The notes under the pieces were generated by a model, which worked only from the letters and a program-made list of their open reading frames with translations, searched no databases and was not told where the DNA came from. A stretch of DNA of 59,936 nucleotides, filler included, from Jimgerdemannia flammicorona (taxonomy: Eukaryota), in NCBI GenBank assembly GCA_003990765.1. It is 2 parts of 2 records of this genome, joined end to end, with 100 filler letters (N's around TTAATTAATTAA, not from the genome) between each part and the next. Parts side by side here need not be neighbours in the genome. Positions count along the whole stretch, not along the records: positions 30,030 to 59,936 come from RBNJ01000463.1; 1 more part is not named here. One strand, given 5' to 3'. This document shows, piece by piece, positions 37,357 through 48,157 of this stretch (position 1 is its first letter; the number at the start of each line of letters is the position of its first letter). The position numbers and the translations under genes are program-made.

Positions 37357-37438
37357 GACGACCTGTCCGAGTGGTTAAGGAGTGTGACTAGAAATCACAT
37401 AGGCTCTGCCTGCGTAGGTTCGAATCCTGCGGTCGTCG
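37357..37438 (+). tRNA. trnS-AGA: tRNA-Ser (AGA)
   Basis: Acceptor stem GACGACC/GGTCGTC, D arm TGTCCGAGTGGTTAAGGA, anticodon arm TGTGA-CTAGAAA-TCACA, long variable arm, GGTTCGAATCC T loop, and a T run at 37460. Confidence 0.97.
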
Positions 37439-37734
37439 CAAACTTGTGAATCTATATCCTTTTTGCTTCGACTTCTCTTACGTTTGTGTTTTACGCTCCC
37501 AAAATCTCTACTTCAGTACTCTCTGCTTCGTTCTTTAATTTTTTGATTTCAGTGCGAGATCCACGATCTATAAAGAACACAAACTTGAACATTCGAGTTC
37601 AATTCTCTCGGCGTATATTTACAACATGAGGTATCTCGGATTTTCAATGCATGTAAAAAATTGTGTAACATAACTTATCGAAAACGCTGCCTTTGATTAC
37701 CGGCATCAAGGCACTAGACAATTCCGCAACAACG

Positions 37735-38673
37735 TCAGCCCAATTCCGCTTTAGGAATCCCCGGCACCATCGCCTCCTCCCAAAACGCGACACATCCGAC
37801 CATGGCCACCAACGTCTGGGATATGTGGTGACTTTTTTCCGCGGAGTAGTTATTTTTTGGCGGCTTATCGCATGTGGTGTATGGGGGTGGATGCGATGTA
37901 ACGGCTGGGGCCCGTTCACGACGTGTGGCGTGAGTTTGGCCGTGCACTGCAGCGTGGATGCGGGGGGTTTCGTAGGTTTGTGGGTGGAAGGAGACGGTTT
38001 TCGGGCGCCGGGGGATGATGGGGGAGTTGGAATCCAGATTGACGGGGAATTCGGGGCGGAGACATGGTTTTGAGGTGGTTTGGGGCACCCTGGCGACAGC
38101 GGTGAGCGAGGCATCTTCTGGGTTTGAGCATGCATGTGGAGAGCGCCGGTGGCCAGTCGAAGAACGGTCGAACTTGACGCGCCGGGATTTGGCCTGCGGG
38201 TGCTGTGCGTTATTGCCGTGGCCTCCGCGCCCAAAGACCTGTTCAACGAGTGAGGCGTCCGTCCGGCGGGCGACCTCGACGATGATGTCATCGAACAGGC
38301 ACCATGACGGCCGGTCGCGTCGGGGCTCCACAGAAGCTTCAAAATACAACGGAGGCTTCTCATTGTCACTGTACTCGATGGTGATAATGGTTGACGTTTC
38401 TGTTTGCACGAGTGTATCCGTGGACAAGGACTTGTGCACGGAGAGTTCGGGCTCGAACGGCGCCTTGTCAAACGCCTTGTCATTAGAGTACCCAGGCACG
38501 ACCAAATCGTCGTCCGAAACCGTGTCCGCCGAAGAGTTTGTTTTGAGCGAGGAAAACGGCGGTGACGATTTGGATGCCAACCCAAGCTTCTTGGACTTAC
38601 TTTTCAGCCTACCAGACAGCCTAGCTATCGGATCGGTAACGTCACGCTTAAGGTCAATACAGAGGAGACGCAT
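37735..38673 (-). CDS. Hypothetical Ser/Pro-rich protein (312 aa)
   Basis: Long ATG-initiated ORF in GC-rich, CpG-rich sequence bounded by AT-richer flanks. No recognisable domain. Confidence 0.55.
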   Translation of the reverse strand: MRLLCIDLKRDVTDPIARLSGRLKSKSKKLGLASKSSPPFSSLKTNSSADTVSDDDLVVPGYSNDKAFDKAPFEPELSVHKSLSTDTLVQTETSTIITIEYSDNEKPPLYFEASVEPRRDRPSWCLFDDIIVEVARRTDASLVEQVFGRGGHGNNAQHPQAKSRRVKFDRSSTGHRRSPHACSNPEDASLTAVARVPQTTSKPCLRPEFPVNLDSNSPIIPRRPKTVSFHPQTYETPRIHAAVHGQTHATRRERAPAVTSHPPPYTTCDKPPKNNYSAEKSHHISQTLVAMVGCVAFWEEAMVPGIPKAELG

Positions 38674-39532
38674 CGGTTTTGAGGAAGTTTGGATGAGGGG
38701 AAGGGATCATGTCAAAAAAGTGTCGCGCACCTGCGAAGTTTCAAAGAAATAGATACATTGTTCGCAAGCTCCCACGCCTCGATCATGACACTGGAACATG
38801 TCCCAAAATGGTTCACTTTCTTGCGTCAGGGCCCAGCGATCAGAAACCTGGGAACCGTGCGCAAAATGGGGCTAACCCTATATGGATGCGTGATGATCGC
38901 GCGGGATCTGTGACAAAGGCTGGCTTGGTCTTTTTTTTTTTTGTCCTTATTTGGGAATTGTGCCACAACCAACCAAATAGTAAACGTGGGCAACTCGATT
39001 GGATAAGCGCATCCTGCCTCGTCTATGTTTGTTCTTGAACGCGTGACCCCAAACTTCGCTTTTTTATTTCCTTCACGCTCCTTTGTTGTTTTTGAACGCG
39101 TTCCCCCCTTCACTTTGCGTTTTCCCCATTGCTTCGTGTTTATGTTGCTAACCCGTACAGTTCATTTGAACGTCCGCCAACAAACACTGCACACAAGAAC
39201 TCCAACGCAAACATTTCCATTGTGGTAGATGTTTCAAGCATATTGTTATATCCTATATGTGACTTGAGGCTATATAGATGATAGGCAAAAAAGGGGGCAT
39301 AAGGCTCGCGAAACTAGAATTGGCAATATTTCTTTTGTATACACATCACACCGTCACCTAACGCCTGTCCCGTCTCCTTTGTAGTTCGGCCTAATTCTTA
39401 CTTCATCGTAAAGGTATTTCATTTCACATATTTTACGCATAACTATTATCAAAAAGAGAACACAGTTAGTAATATTCACGACGAACCATGCTTTCGAATC
39501 AGTCTCATGCAGAGAAGGAAACTACCGTAAAA

Positions 39533-40189
39533 CTATTCCTCCCTTTGTGTTTGGCCCATCCCGGGCCCGGTCTTTCGGGGACGCTGGTAGGTACATTTCT
39601 TTCCATGGAGTTCGCACTGGCTGCAGGACCTTTCCCTTTCTCCGTCACATTTGATGTGGATCAAGTGACACTGGTCGCACGCCCAGCTTGTCCGGCCCCC
39701 TTTGTGCTGCGCCGCTGCCGCTGCCGCGTGTGGCCATTCATATACACAAACTGGAACTCAATGTTGGTGGGCGCGGGCAGCTGCTGCGGCAGTGTAACGC
39801 AGTTGGTGAGGTGGTATGGTGGGCTCGTCGGTATGTGGGGGTATGAAGCATAGTTCTGCTCGCATGTCGGTTCTTGCGACATCTCACCGTATTGCGACAT
39901 CTCACCGTATTGCGACAGGCAGGCAGCCACAAATTGATAAATGTCGATGTCGGGATACGTTGCAGGGCCATCATGGAACTCGAAGTTACCATATCTGTTT
40001 GAAGAGACATGCGGCGGTAGGGGGAAAGGGAGAAGTGTAGAACGTTGCAAGGTGGGGAGGCGGGTTATTTTCGCATTGCACATTATGTCTAAAGAATATA
40101 TAGTCGTTGTTTTAATGCTATGTAAAATCTTACTTTGTCCAATCTTCATGCATGCCATCATTCAAGTCGAGCCTTCTTTTGCCATCCAT
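39533..40189 (-). pseudogene. Zn2Cys6 transcription factor paralog 1, frameshifted. Exons 40189-40134 and 39994-39533
   Basis: MDGKRRLDLNDGMHEDWTK/YGNFEFHDG..., phase-2 GTAAGA...CAG intron. Restoring one G in the run at 39696-39700 gives RRSTKGGRTSWACDQCHLIHIKCDGERERSCSQCELHGKKCTY...EE*. Confidence 0.85.
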
Positions 40190-41280
40190 GTTTGTCAATG
40201 AGATGTTGGAGGGTAGAAGTAGATGAAGGATAATGATTTTGGGTATATATATGATGTTTGAAGGGGAGGGTGTATCGAGCGGAGTTCGATATCAAAGGCA
40301 GGCCGTCGCCAGTCTATATATAAACCGTTTCGATGGTTTGTTCGCACCTGGGTGTCTCATTTTGGCCGCGTCACGTTTAACAGCACGTTTCAAAGTATGT
40401 GATGCTCTAGAGAATACGAATAACAACCTGCACTTTATTCTTTATTTCGCAAAGATTGGCAGTCCGACATGAAAATTTCCTAGGGTGATGCGGCTGCCCA
40501 TATTCATTCTCAGTGGCAGGGGTAGTTTCCCACAACGAGAATACATTTCAAAGTCAGAAGCCGCACGTGTGTGACTCACTATTTCCTCTGATTAGAGTCA
40601 CACGTGAGCTGGACAGATTTCTGGATCTATGCGGCCCGCATGCGGCACGCGTCAAATGAGAAAGCGGCACCCGAATCAAGCCATCGTAAACCTGGAGAGG
40701 CAGAACACATGCAAGCCGTTACTGTATCTACTATTTGTTGGTAAAAATTCACTGCAGCATCCATTGATAAGTAATCATTGGTTTCTTTTCTTTTTTGCTT
40801 CCTTTGTTCGCCGTAACAAGTGGGTATCATTCTTACCGTCCAGATCAATCACACCGCTTACCGTTCACATGGTCCAATCGCTAGTAATACCAATCGCTTT
40901 TGCGGGTTCGCGGGTCGCCATATCGCATCCACCTCCTTCCTTCAGTGATTATGTACGCCCTTAATCATTTGAAAGTTAATTGGCACCGCGACTGACAACC
41001 GCTCTCATCCCCCCCCCCCCCCTCCCCCAATTGTCTTCCGAGTCGCTCGACTCGATAGTATTACGGCTCAAAAAGAGGTGGTTCATCAAGAGCTTACGTT
41101 TGCAAGCAAGTAATGGTTTACCATGGATATATGCTCAGTCGTTCTTGTGAAAGGGTACACACTCAATCGATCCAAAGAACTACAATTACCCACTCATAGT
41201 AACCGTGATGGGTTGTCCTGTTCCGAAATGTCGGGTCATGCCGTGGCCAGTGGAAACATGACGTGACCCGTGATTTTCGT

Positions 41281-41420
41281 GGAATTCATCTGCCTGTTTT
41301 GCTGCCCGCTTTTCAATTGCCTGTTTTTGGAATTAATTCATCTGCCTGTTTTGCTGCCCGTTTTGCTGGGAATCATCATCTGTCCTGGGAATCGTCCATC
41401 CGTCCGCCTGTTTTGCTGAA
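41281..41420 (+). repeat. Short imperfect tandem repeat cluster
   Basis: AATTCATCTGCCTGTTTTGCTGCCCG occurs twice (41283, 41335), with further GCCTGTTTT copies. Confidence 0.8.
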
Positions 41421-42471
41421 TCAGTAATGTGCCAATTTCTTCTATTACCAGAAAAAAAAAAAATATAAAGCAATTTTGTAGTAAAAAATTTTGTTGAGAC
41501 TAGGTGTCCGCCACTATATTGTACCAGGCACACAATTAAGAGCGCAGTTCACCAAATGCTTTGGAAGTGCTGATATTCAATTTCTCACATTTTTCATATT
41601 TTACATTTGTCGAGTCGGTCAGTAAAAAGATGAAGATGAAAATGCTCCCAATAGGAGTAGGTCTGGTGGCGCGTGTGTCCAATCTCCGGTTCTGATTGGA
41701 CAGCGCGTATGACGTGACGCGTCAAACCATTTCCATTTTTTTTTTTTTTTCCTTCCATCTCACCCCCACTCTGCTCCGCTTCTCGTATACATTAATCTTT
41801 TCACCCTAATCAAACTCTCCTCTATGCTGCTGGCTTCTGCGACCTTTTTATCTCTGCGCTCCGCTCTACATTACTCGACGGTCACCTCTTTTGCATCCTC
41901 GACCACAACCCTCACCTCATTCACATTCTATTTCTTTTGGCAACAGAAGTGCCCCGTCACCCGAGATGATAGGCAACACAATAAGTTATCAAATATACTA
42001 ACACAGCTTCTGAGCGATAATCCGTCATAGTCCAACAGGAATGAAAATTAGGTCTGATTCATGGTACGTACAAGGACATAAGCTTACTGTCGTATCATAA
42101 AGGTCAAGGTATATATAATTAATGAGAAATGAGCATAGAGGCGTGGCATAGGAAACGAAATCCGAAACATGGGTAAAGCATATAATTTATGGTAAGGAAC
42201 TTTTCCTTTCAATCTGAAAGAGGAGAATACAGCCCATTCGTCCTAGTGATGGGATGTTTTGGGTGGGGCGAAGTGGAAGTGGAAAGACTGCGGAACGGAG
42301 AAAACGATGGGTGAGGGGTACGGTGGGGTGAAAGGAAAGAGGGTGCGGATGCCGTGGGTGGAAGAGGAGAGGGAGCGGAGCGGGGAGGGTATGGCGGATG
42401 GTAGGGGAAAAGGAGCGGGATGGGAAGGGGAGAGGATCCGGGAAGGGGTAAGGAAACCTACTGTATAATTA

Positions 42472-43307
42472 TTACATTCGCTGATTCTCCCTTCGCGCTT
42501 GGGGCCTGGCTTTTCGTAAAGTACAAGTCTTGCCACGGCGCTTGCACATGTCGCAGGGGCTTTCTCCGTTGCATTTGACGTGGGCCACATGGCACTGTTC
42601 GCACGCCTGGGCTGTCCGGCCTCCCTTTGGGCTGGACCGCTGCCGCGGCCGCGTGCAGCCATCCTCAGGCACAAACTGGTACTTAGGGACCGTAGCGGGG
42701 TCGACACCGTTCGGAGCGCCTGTGCTTAGGTGAACCTCGGGAAGGTTGATGGGCTGGTGTGGTGGGTTCATCGGTATGTGGACCTCGGGATTGTTGATGG
42801 GCGCGGCCAGCTGCCGCGGTAGTGTGGCATAACCGCTGCAGCGGTATAGTGGGTTCGGTATGTAGACCTGGGGAGAGTTGGTGGGCGCGACTAGGTGCCG
42901 CGGCAGCGTGGGGGGGGTTGGTGGGCTCATTGGTGTGTGGACCTCGGGAGGGTTGGTGGACACGGCTAGTTGTTGCGTCAGCATGATATGGTATAGTGGG
43001 TTCATCAGTATGTGGGTGTCTGAAGTATTGCTTTGTTCGTGTGACAGCGCTTGCGGCGTCTCTAGGCCTGGCAACACCAGCATGTAGGCTAGGTCTATGT
43101 CGAGGTTCGTTGTTGCAGAGCCATCGCGGACCTCGAGCGTACCTCTGAAGTTACACGGCGACGGGGAGGAAAGGGGAAGGCGTGGAACGCTACGAGGTGG
43201 AGACGGGTTATTATTATGTCAAAGGATTAGCCATTGTTTCAATGGTATGCAGTATCTTACTTTGCATCATCTTCACCGTACAAATTGAATTTCCCGTTGT
43301 CAGTCAT
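42472..43307 (-). CDS. Zn2Cys6 transcription factor paralog 2 (239 aa). Exons 43307-43261 and 43144-42472
   Basis: MTDNGKFNLYGEDDAK/GTLEVRDG..., phase-2 GTAAGA...CAG intron as in paralog 1. C-terminal ACEQCHVAHVKCNGESPCDMCKRRGKTC. Confidence 0.9.
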
Positions 43308-44416
43308 GTTTGGATGGTTTTTTTTTAACAGGGAAAAAGGCTGGTTTTTATTATAGCGTCCGAGCTTCTCTCATTTTGGTTCGCGACACGTTTAACTGAA
43401 CCAGTGAATACGTATGTGATGGTGCGGAAGCGAATTTTGGTTATCCTGTGCTATACTCTATGGCGATTCGTCTATTCAGAGGCATCACCTAAGCAGGCTG
43501 AAACATCGTGCATACACGCAATTAAATTCGCATTCTGCGCAAAGGAAGGATATTAAAGCACGTGACACTTGGGAGATTCCATTATCTCGGAAGCACAGGC
43601 AGCCGACAGGAAGCCGACATAGCCGATCACAGTGGCAAACGGCCACTCATTGTATTCACGCGTGAGGAGGCCACAACATATTCGCTACCAAGGAGTCACC
43701 GTCCTGGTCCTGACCGCATAGAATAGTAGCAACCCGTACAGATTCCAGGGTTGGACGCGTCACCTTTGCAGAATTCATTACTTTTGTCGTACCAGCAGTA
43801 ATTAGGTGGGTTTTGGCGCCTCGATCGGAACCCGAGCCGCGTACCGGTTTCATGTTACAATTAAAGGTCCCTCGTGATCCTTCCCCTGTTTTTCTCATTC
43901 TTTTATTTCATCAGTTACATGTCATCTCACACATCCTTTCATTTACTTTCTACATCTCTATCATGTCTCTAACCCCAAGTTCCTCTAGCTAATTGAGCCT
44001 CATGCTATGGGTAACATATACTTCGCCGTTTGCTCGCCTGTTCCTGACACGCGGCCACCGGATTCGCACGTGGTCTGCTCGTACTGATGGCTTTGTATAT
44101 GAGGCGTTCTGAATCGGCAGAAGTGAAATTTCAAGTGTGTATTTAAAACGATGTCGGAAGCGATAGCGGACCCGAATTCGAAATCCAGATTGGGAAATTG
44201 TATAATCGTCGTCGTCGTAAGTCTCTTTAGGCCTTGAACATAAGCGCGCGTGATTCGTGTTTGGACCCGTGCACGGGCGACGTAACATCTTTTAGGTTAC
44301 TTGGTATCGGATCTTTCCAAGGTAGGATCACGACTTGGCGATGAGACCGCGGGAAGAGAAGGTTTGACGAAAAAGTCATTTGCAATCAGGAGGCAACTTG
44401 TACAAATGCCTCTTAG

Positions 44417-44982
44417 CTATCCGGCCAACTTCCTTCGGCACCCATCCCCGCGTCCAATACTAACCGTGCGTGTTCAGCGTGTGAATTCATCAAGGGGCAA
44501 AGGAGGCAGGGTTAGCGTGATTCTTGTGAAATGGGTGACATTCATGTAATGCAGACCCGTTTACAGTATCCGGCTCCCATGGAAGATGCCGCAAATTCGC
44601 GCAATAAACGTGATCTATCGAGCAAACTTCGATCGGCACCTATCTCCGCATCCAATGCCAACCATGCGTGCTCCTTGTCAGCGTGTGAATGCCTCAACGG
44701 AAAAGAAAGCAAATTTGCCCGATTTCTTGAGATGCGCTCCCGTTTACAGCATCGGATCGAATGGAAGATGACACAAATTTACAGAGATCGTGTGTACGTA
44801 ATAGACGCGATCTATCCAGCAAATTTCAATCGGCACCTATTTCCGTCCCCAATGCCAACCATTCGTGTTCCTTATCAGCGTGTGAATTCATTCTTCAATG
44901 GCTACGGAAGTAAAGTTTGCGGAATTCCTGCTAATACGAATGACCCCCCTCAAGTCATACAGACCCGTTTACAGCATCCGCA
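44417..44982. repeat. Three diverged tandem ~197-bp units
   Basis: Units start at 44417, 44615 and 44812. Shared blocks: CTATC, TCGGCACC, CCAAT, CAGCGTGTGAAT, CCCGTTTACAG. Confidence 0.88.
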
Positions 44983-46360
44983 AGGTCGTTTCAAAATTTC
45001 CGTCAAGGAATGAGTGCGTCTAAACTTCTATTTGTATCACTAGAACACCGTTCCGGATTGCTTGATGTCATCAGCTGACACCAGAATGAACGACTGGCGC
45101 TTATCATGAATGAACGTGATACCTCATTTCTTAAAAGCACGATCAATTGCGTGATGCGGGTAAAGCTGGTACGTGGCTCGGCATACTCGAACTTCTCTTA
45201 GCGGGGGTTGATCCCGGTCGGAGATGGATGGGGGGGGGGGGAACCATCACGAGGTTGTGATCCCGGATGTCATGGTTACGTCAGAGTTTCCATGTCCAGG
45301 TCTTTCGGGGACCTTTTGGTGGATAATGCTTATGAGCCATCAGATACGCCTATGCATACACGATCCATAGGTATAGGTAACGCGTATTTAGCCGGCGACG
45401 GGATTGTAATAGACGTTCTCTATGAGACGCTCCAGATATTTGCTATTTCCTTTGTGTATGATCCGGAATGCATTCGGAACATGAAGTCGGGGTTTTTCGG
45501 AACTCGCATAACAACTGCCCTTCTTTAGGTAGCAACTGCGCCGGAAACCATTTTGACCGTTGGCAATATTTGACCCGATTGTCAAAATGGCGCTTCCTTC
45601 CAGTGACTATTTGAAATCGCCAACATATTCCCGCTGGCACGCTGGCGCACTCTCTACCATAAAACATTTGTCAAATTGTCTAGCTTGATAAGCTTTTATT
45701 GCCGTCCGATGTGTGTGTATCTATATCTTGCGTTCTACTCGGGTTCATGATGATCTACAACATACATGACGGGGAGGTGACGGTGAACTGGATTTGGCAG
45801 TCAAATTTTTGAGGTTTAGAGCAAAGGTGGGCGTAGATCGCCGAGACTAGGACACAATAGATACAATAGATTTATCGTGGATCTCCACGATGTGCACGTG
45901 GGTTCTAAGAATGCTGCTCAAGGTGCACGACGGTTCATGCTGAGGCGGAACGATGGATGTTATGCGCTTGCCAAGTGCAATAGGAAGCTTTGAATTATTT
46001 GGAATCGGGCTCGGGGCTTGTCTGATTTGACTCGAATCGGGCTCGATTCGGGCTCGATTTGTCACATGAGATGAAATTTCTCAAAAGGGTACCAATCCAG
46101 ATAGGCCATAAACTTCGCCTCAACAGAATTTGAAAGAATGGAACCAAGATATACTTACAAAATTGCTTTGTAACTTTGTCACACCCAAAGGTATGATTCC
46201 ACTATTATTAAGTTTCGTTCATTTAAAGTTGGTTGCTTTTCATACATGTTTAGTGGATTGAACTCGAGGAAAAGAAGTCACGGAAATTACTGGGCAGCTC
46301 TAGTGTAATTTGACCGATCTTATTCGTTCCGCTCAGAATTTGAGTGATTTTATTCGCTAA

Positions 46361-46406
46361 GAAATAACTACAATGAAGAAGGGGAAATAACTACAATGAA
46401 GAAGGG
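46361..46406 (+). repeat. Perfect 23-bp tandem duplication
   Basis: GAAATAACTACAATGAAGAAGGG x2. Confidence 0.9.
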
Positions 46407-47395
46407 GATCACAGCGATAATAGCGAAGGGGGGATCACGACGAACGGTCTATTTATTATAAGGTTTATCTAGATTCCCGCCTTATACTCGACCGTTCGGA
46501 GTACTGCTCTCAAGTTGACCTTCCAAATAATCTGTATCCATGGGTCAAATATAACTAGCGGTTAGTGACACGTCGCTAAGAGGGAGCCTTTGCAACACAT
46601 ATAACCTCTTCCAATCGTACTAGCATGCAGTTTTGAGGTTTGGCTAAAAAGGAGCACGTGAGCGAAACAAGTTTGGTTCACATTAAATCGATCGACGCAA
46701 TCTCAGAAAGGGTGGTGTGGGGTGGGGTAGCACGTAAAGAGGCTTAAATATAACCATTTTTGCATATTTGCGTCATTCTGCCTAGGGGTCACAAAAGGGA
46801 AGGGGGAGAAATGAAAGAAATGTATTGTGCATACTTGTATACTTGTAGAGAGGTCGGGAGGTCGGTGAGCGGGCGCGTACGATACAGGTCAGGAAGAAAG
46901 AGACACTGGCACAGTTCATGTCAAAAATTTCTGCTCTGTTGTGCTAGGTTGCACTTAATGATCAAGATGGACAAAAATAGTAAAAAACGGATTATGTAAA
47001 AAAAAAAAAAAAAGGCTCTACAATAGTGTGAGCCAACATTCTACGGCATGCCGTAAGAAAATTTCCTGGGAGCGATTAACTTGACTTGCTATTTTAACTG
47101 TTACACTTTTTCTCTATGGAAACATCGAGATCGGCGGATTTGTGTAACAACAATCATCAGTCAAGCAGGGGTGACGTAAACTCAATCAACTCGCCAAGCT
47201 TAATTTTTTTAATTGCATAAACCATAAATCAATGTATACATCGTAGCATAGGGGAGAATGATGGGGTAGGTGCATATTAATTCTATGGCTAACATATTTC
47301 CATATATTCTTGTTTCGTAGATATCCAGCTGAGCACGTATCAGAAAAATCTTGAAGAAAAATCTTGCCATTCGCAGATACCCAGCTGAGTACGTA

Positions 47396-48157
47396 TCAAG
47401 AAAAGAATTTGCCGAGCAAAATTAACGTGTGGGGTTCTCTCGATCTATTCCAAACAAAACTACAAGGGGGGCGACCTACCGTTGGAAAGTCTCCGTCACC
47501 ACCACTGTCGCTGCTCTCGTCATCTCTCTTCTGCCTTTGTCGGCGACCCCGCCTATAAGTACACTCCGTACGTCGCTCCATGCATCGAGTGCATGTAGTG
47601 CAGCTTCTCTCGCCGTCGCACTTACTATGCGACCGGCTGCACTCGTCACAAGAGCGGTCCGCTCGAGGGCCTTCGGTAGAGCGCCGTTTCCGCGTAGGTA
47701 TTCCGTTATCCGTCACCCACAGGTAACCCTGGTCCGGCGAAGGCGGAGGAGGATTGGTCAGGTACGTCTGCCCTTGCGGTGATTGAGGGGAACGGGATCG
47801 GGGGGAACGGGATTGTGGCGAGCCACTTGCGGACGATTGTGACGACGTATCGTCATAAGCCAAGAGCTGCAATACCTCTTCTAATTCGCTAGGGGCCGTT
47901 GGGCTGTTGTTCCCGTCATAGCCGTGTTCATGTTGTGCACTGAACTGATAATACTGCTCATTCGTACTGTGGTCCACAAACTTGCGGACAGCACTTTTTT
48001 TTTCGGTAGGGATAGTATTAGGTGCAGAGTGTTAAAGGTGGGAAAGGGGAATAGGCGGTGAAAAATGGCATTTTATGTAATAAAAGAAGGCGATGTGTAT
48101 AATTAATATAAAAGAGGATTACCACTTGAATTTTGCATTTTCGAACAACCGAGCCAT
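47396..48157 (-). CDS. Zn2Cys6 transcription factor paralog 3. Probable exons 48157-48123 and 47993-47396 (3' end may be further spliced)
   Basis: C-terminal RKRRSTEGPRADRSCDECSRSHSKCDGERSCTTCTRCMERRTECTY. A short first exon MARLFENAKFK with a phase-2 GTAATC...AAG intron is in frame. Confidence 0.85.

Noticed and set aside
37644..38752. 313-aa minus-strand and 245-aa plus-strand ORFs
   Set aside because: They overlap the ATG-initiated 312-aa ORF and look like frame shadows.
44417..44982. CRISPR-like reading of the periodic repeat
   Set aside because: Eukaryotic context, ~197-bp homologous units rather than short repeats with unique spacers, and no cas genes.
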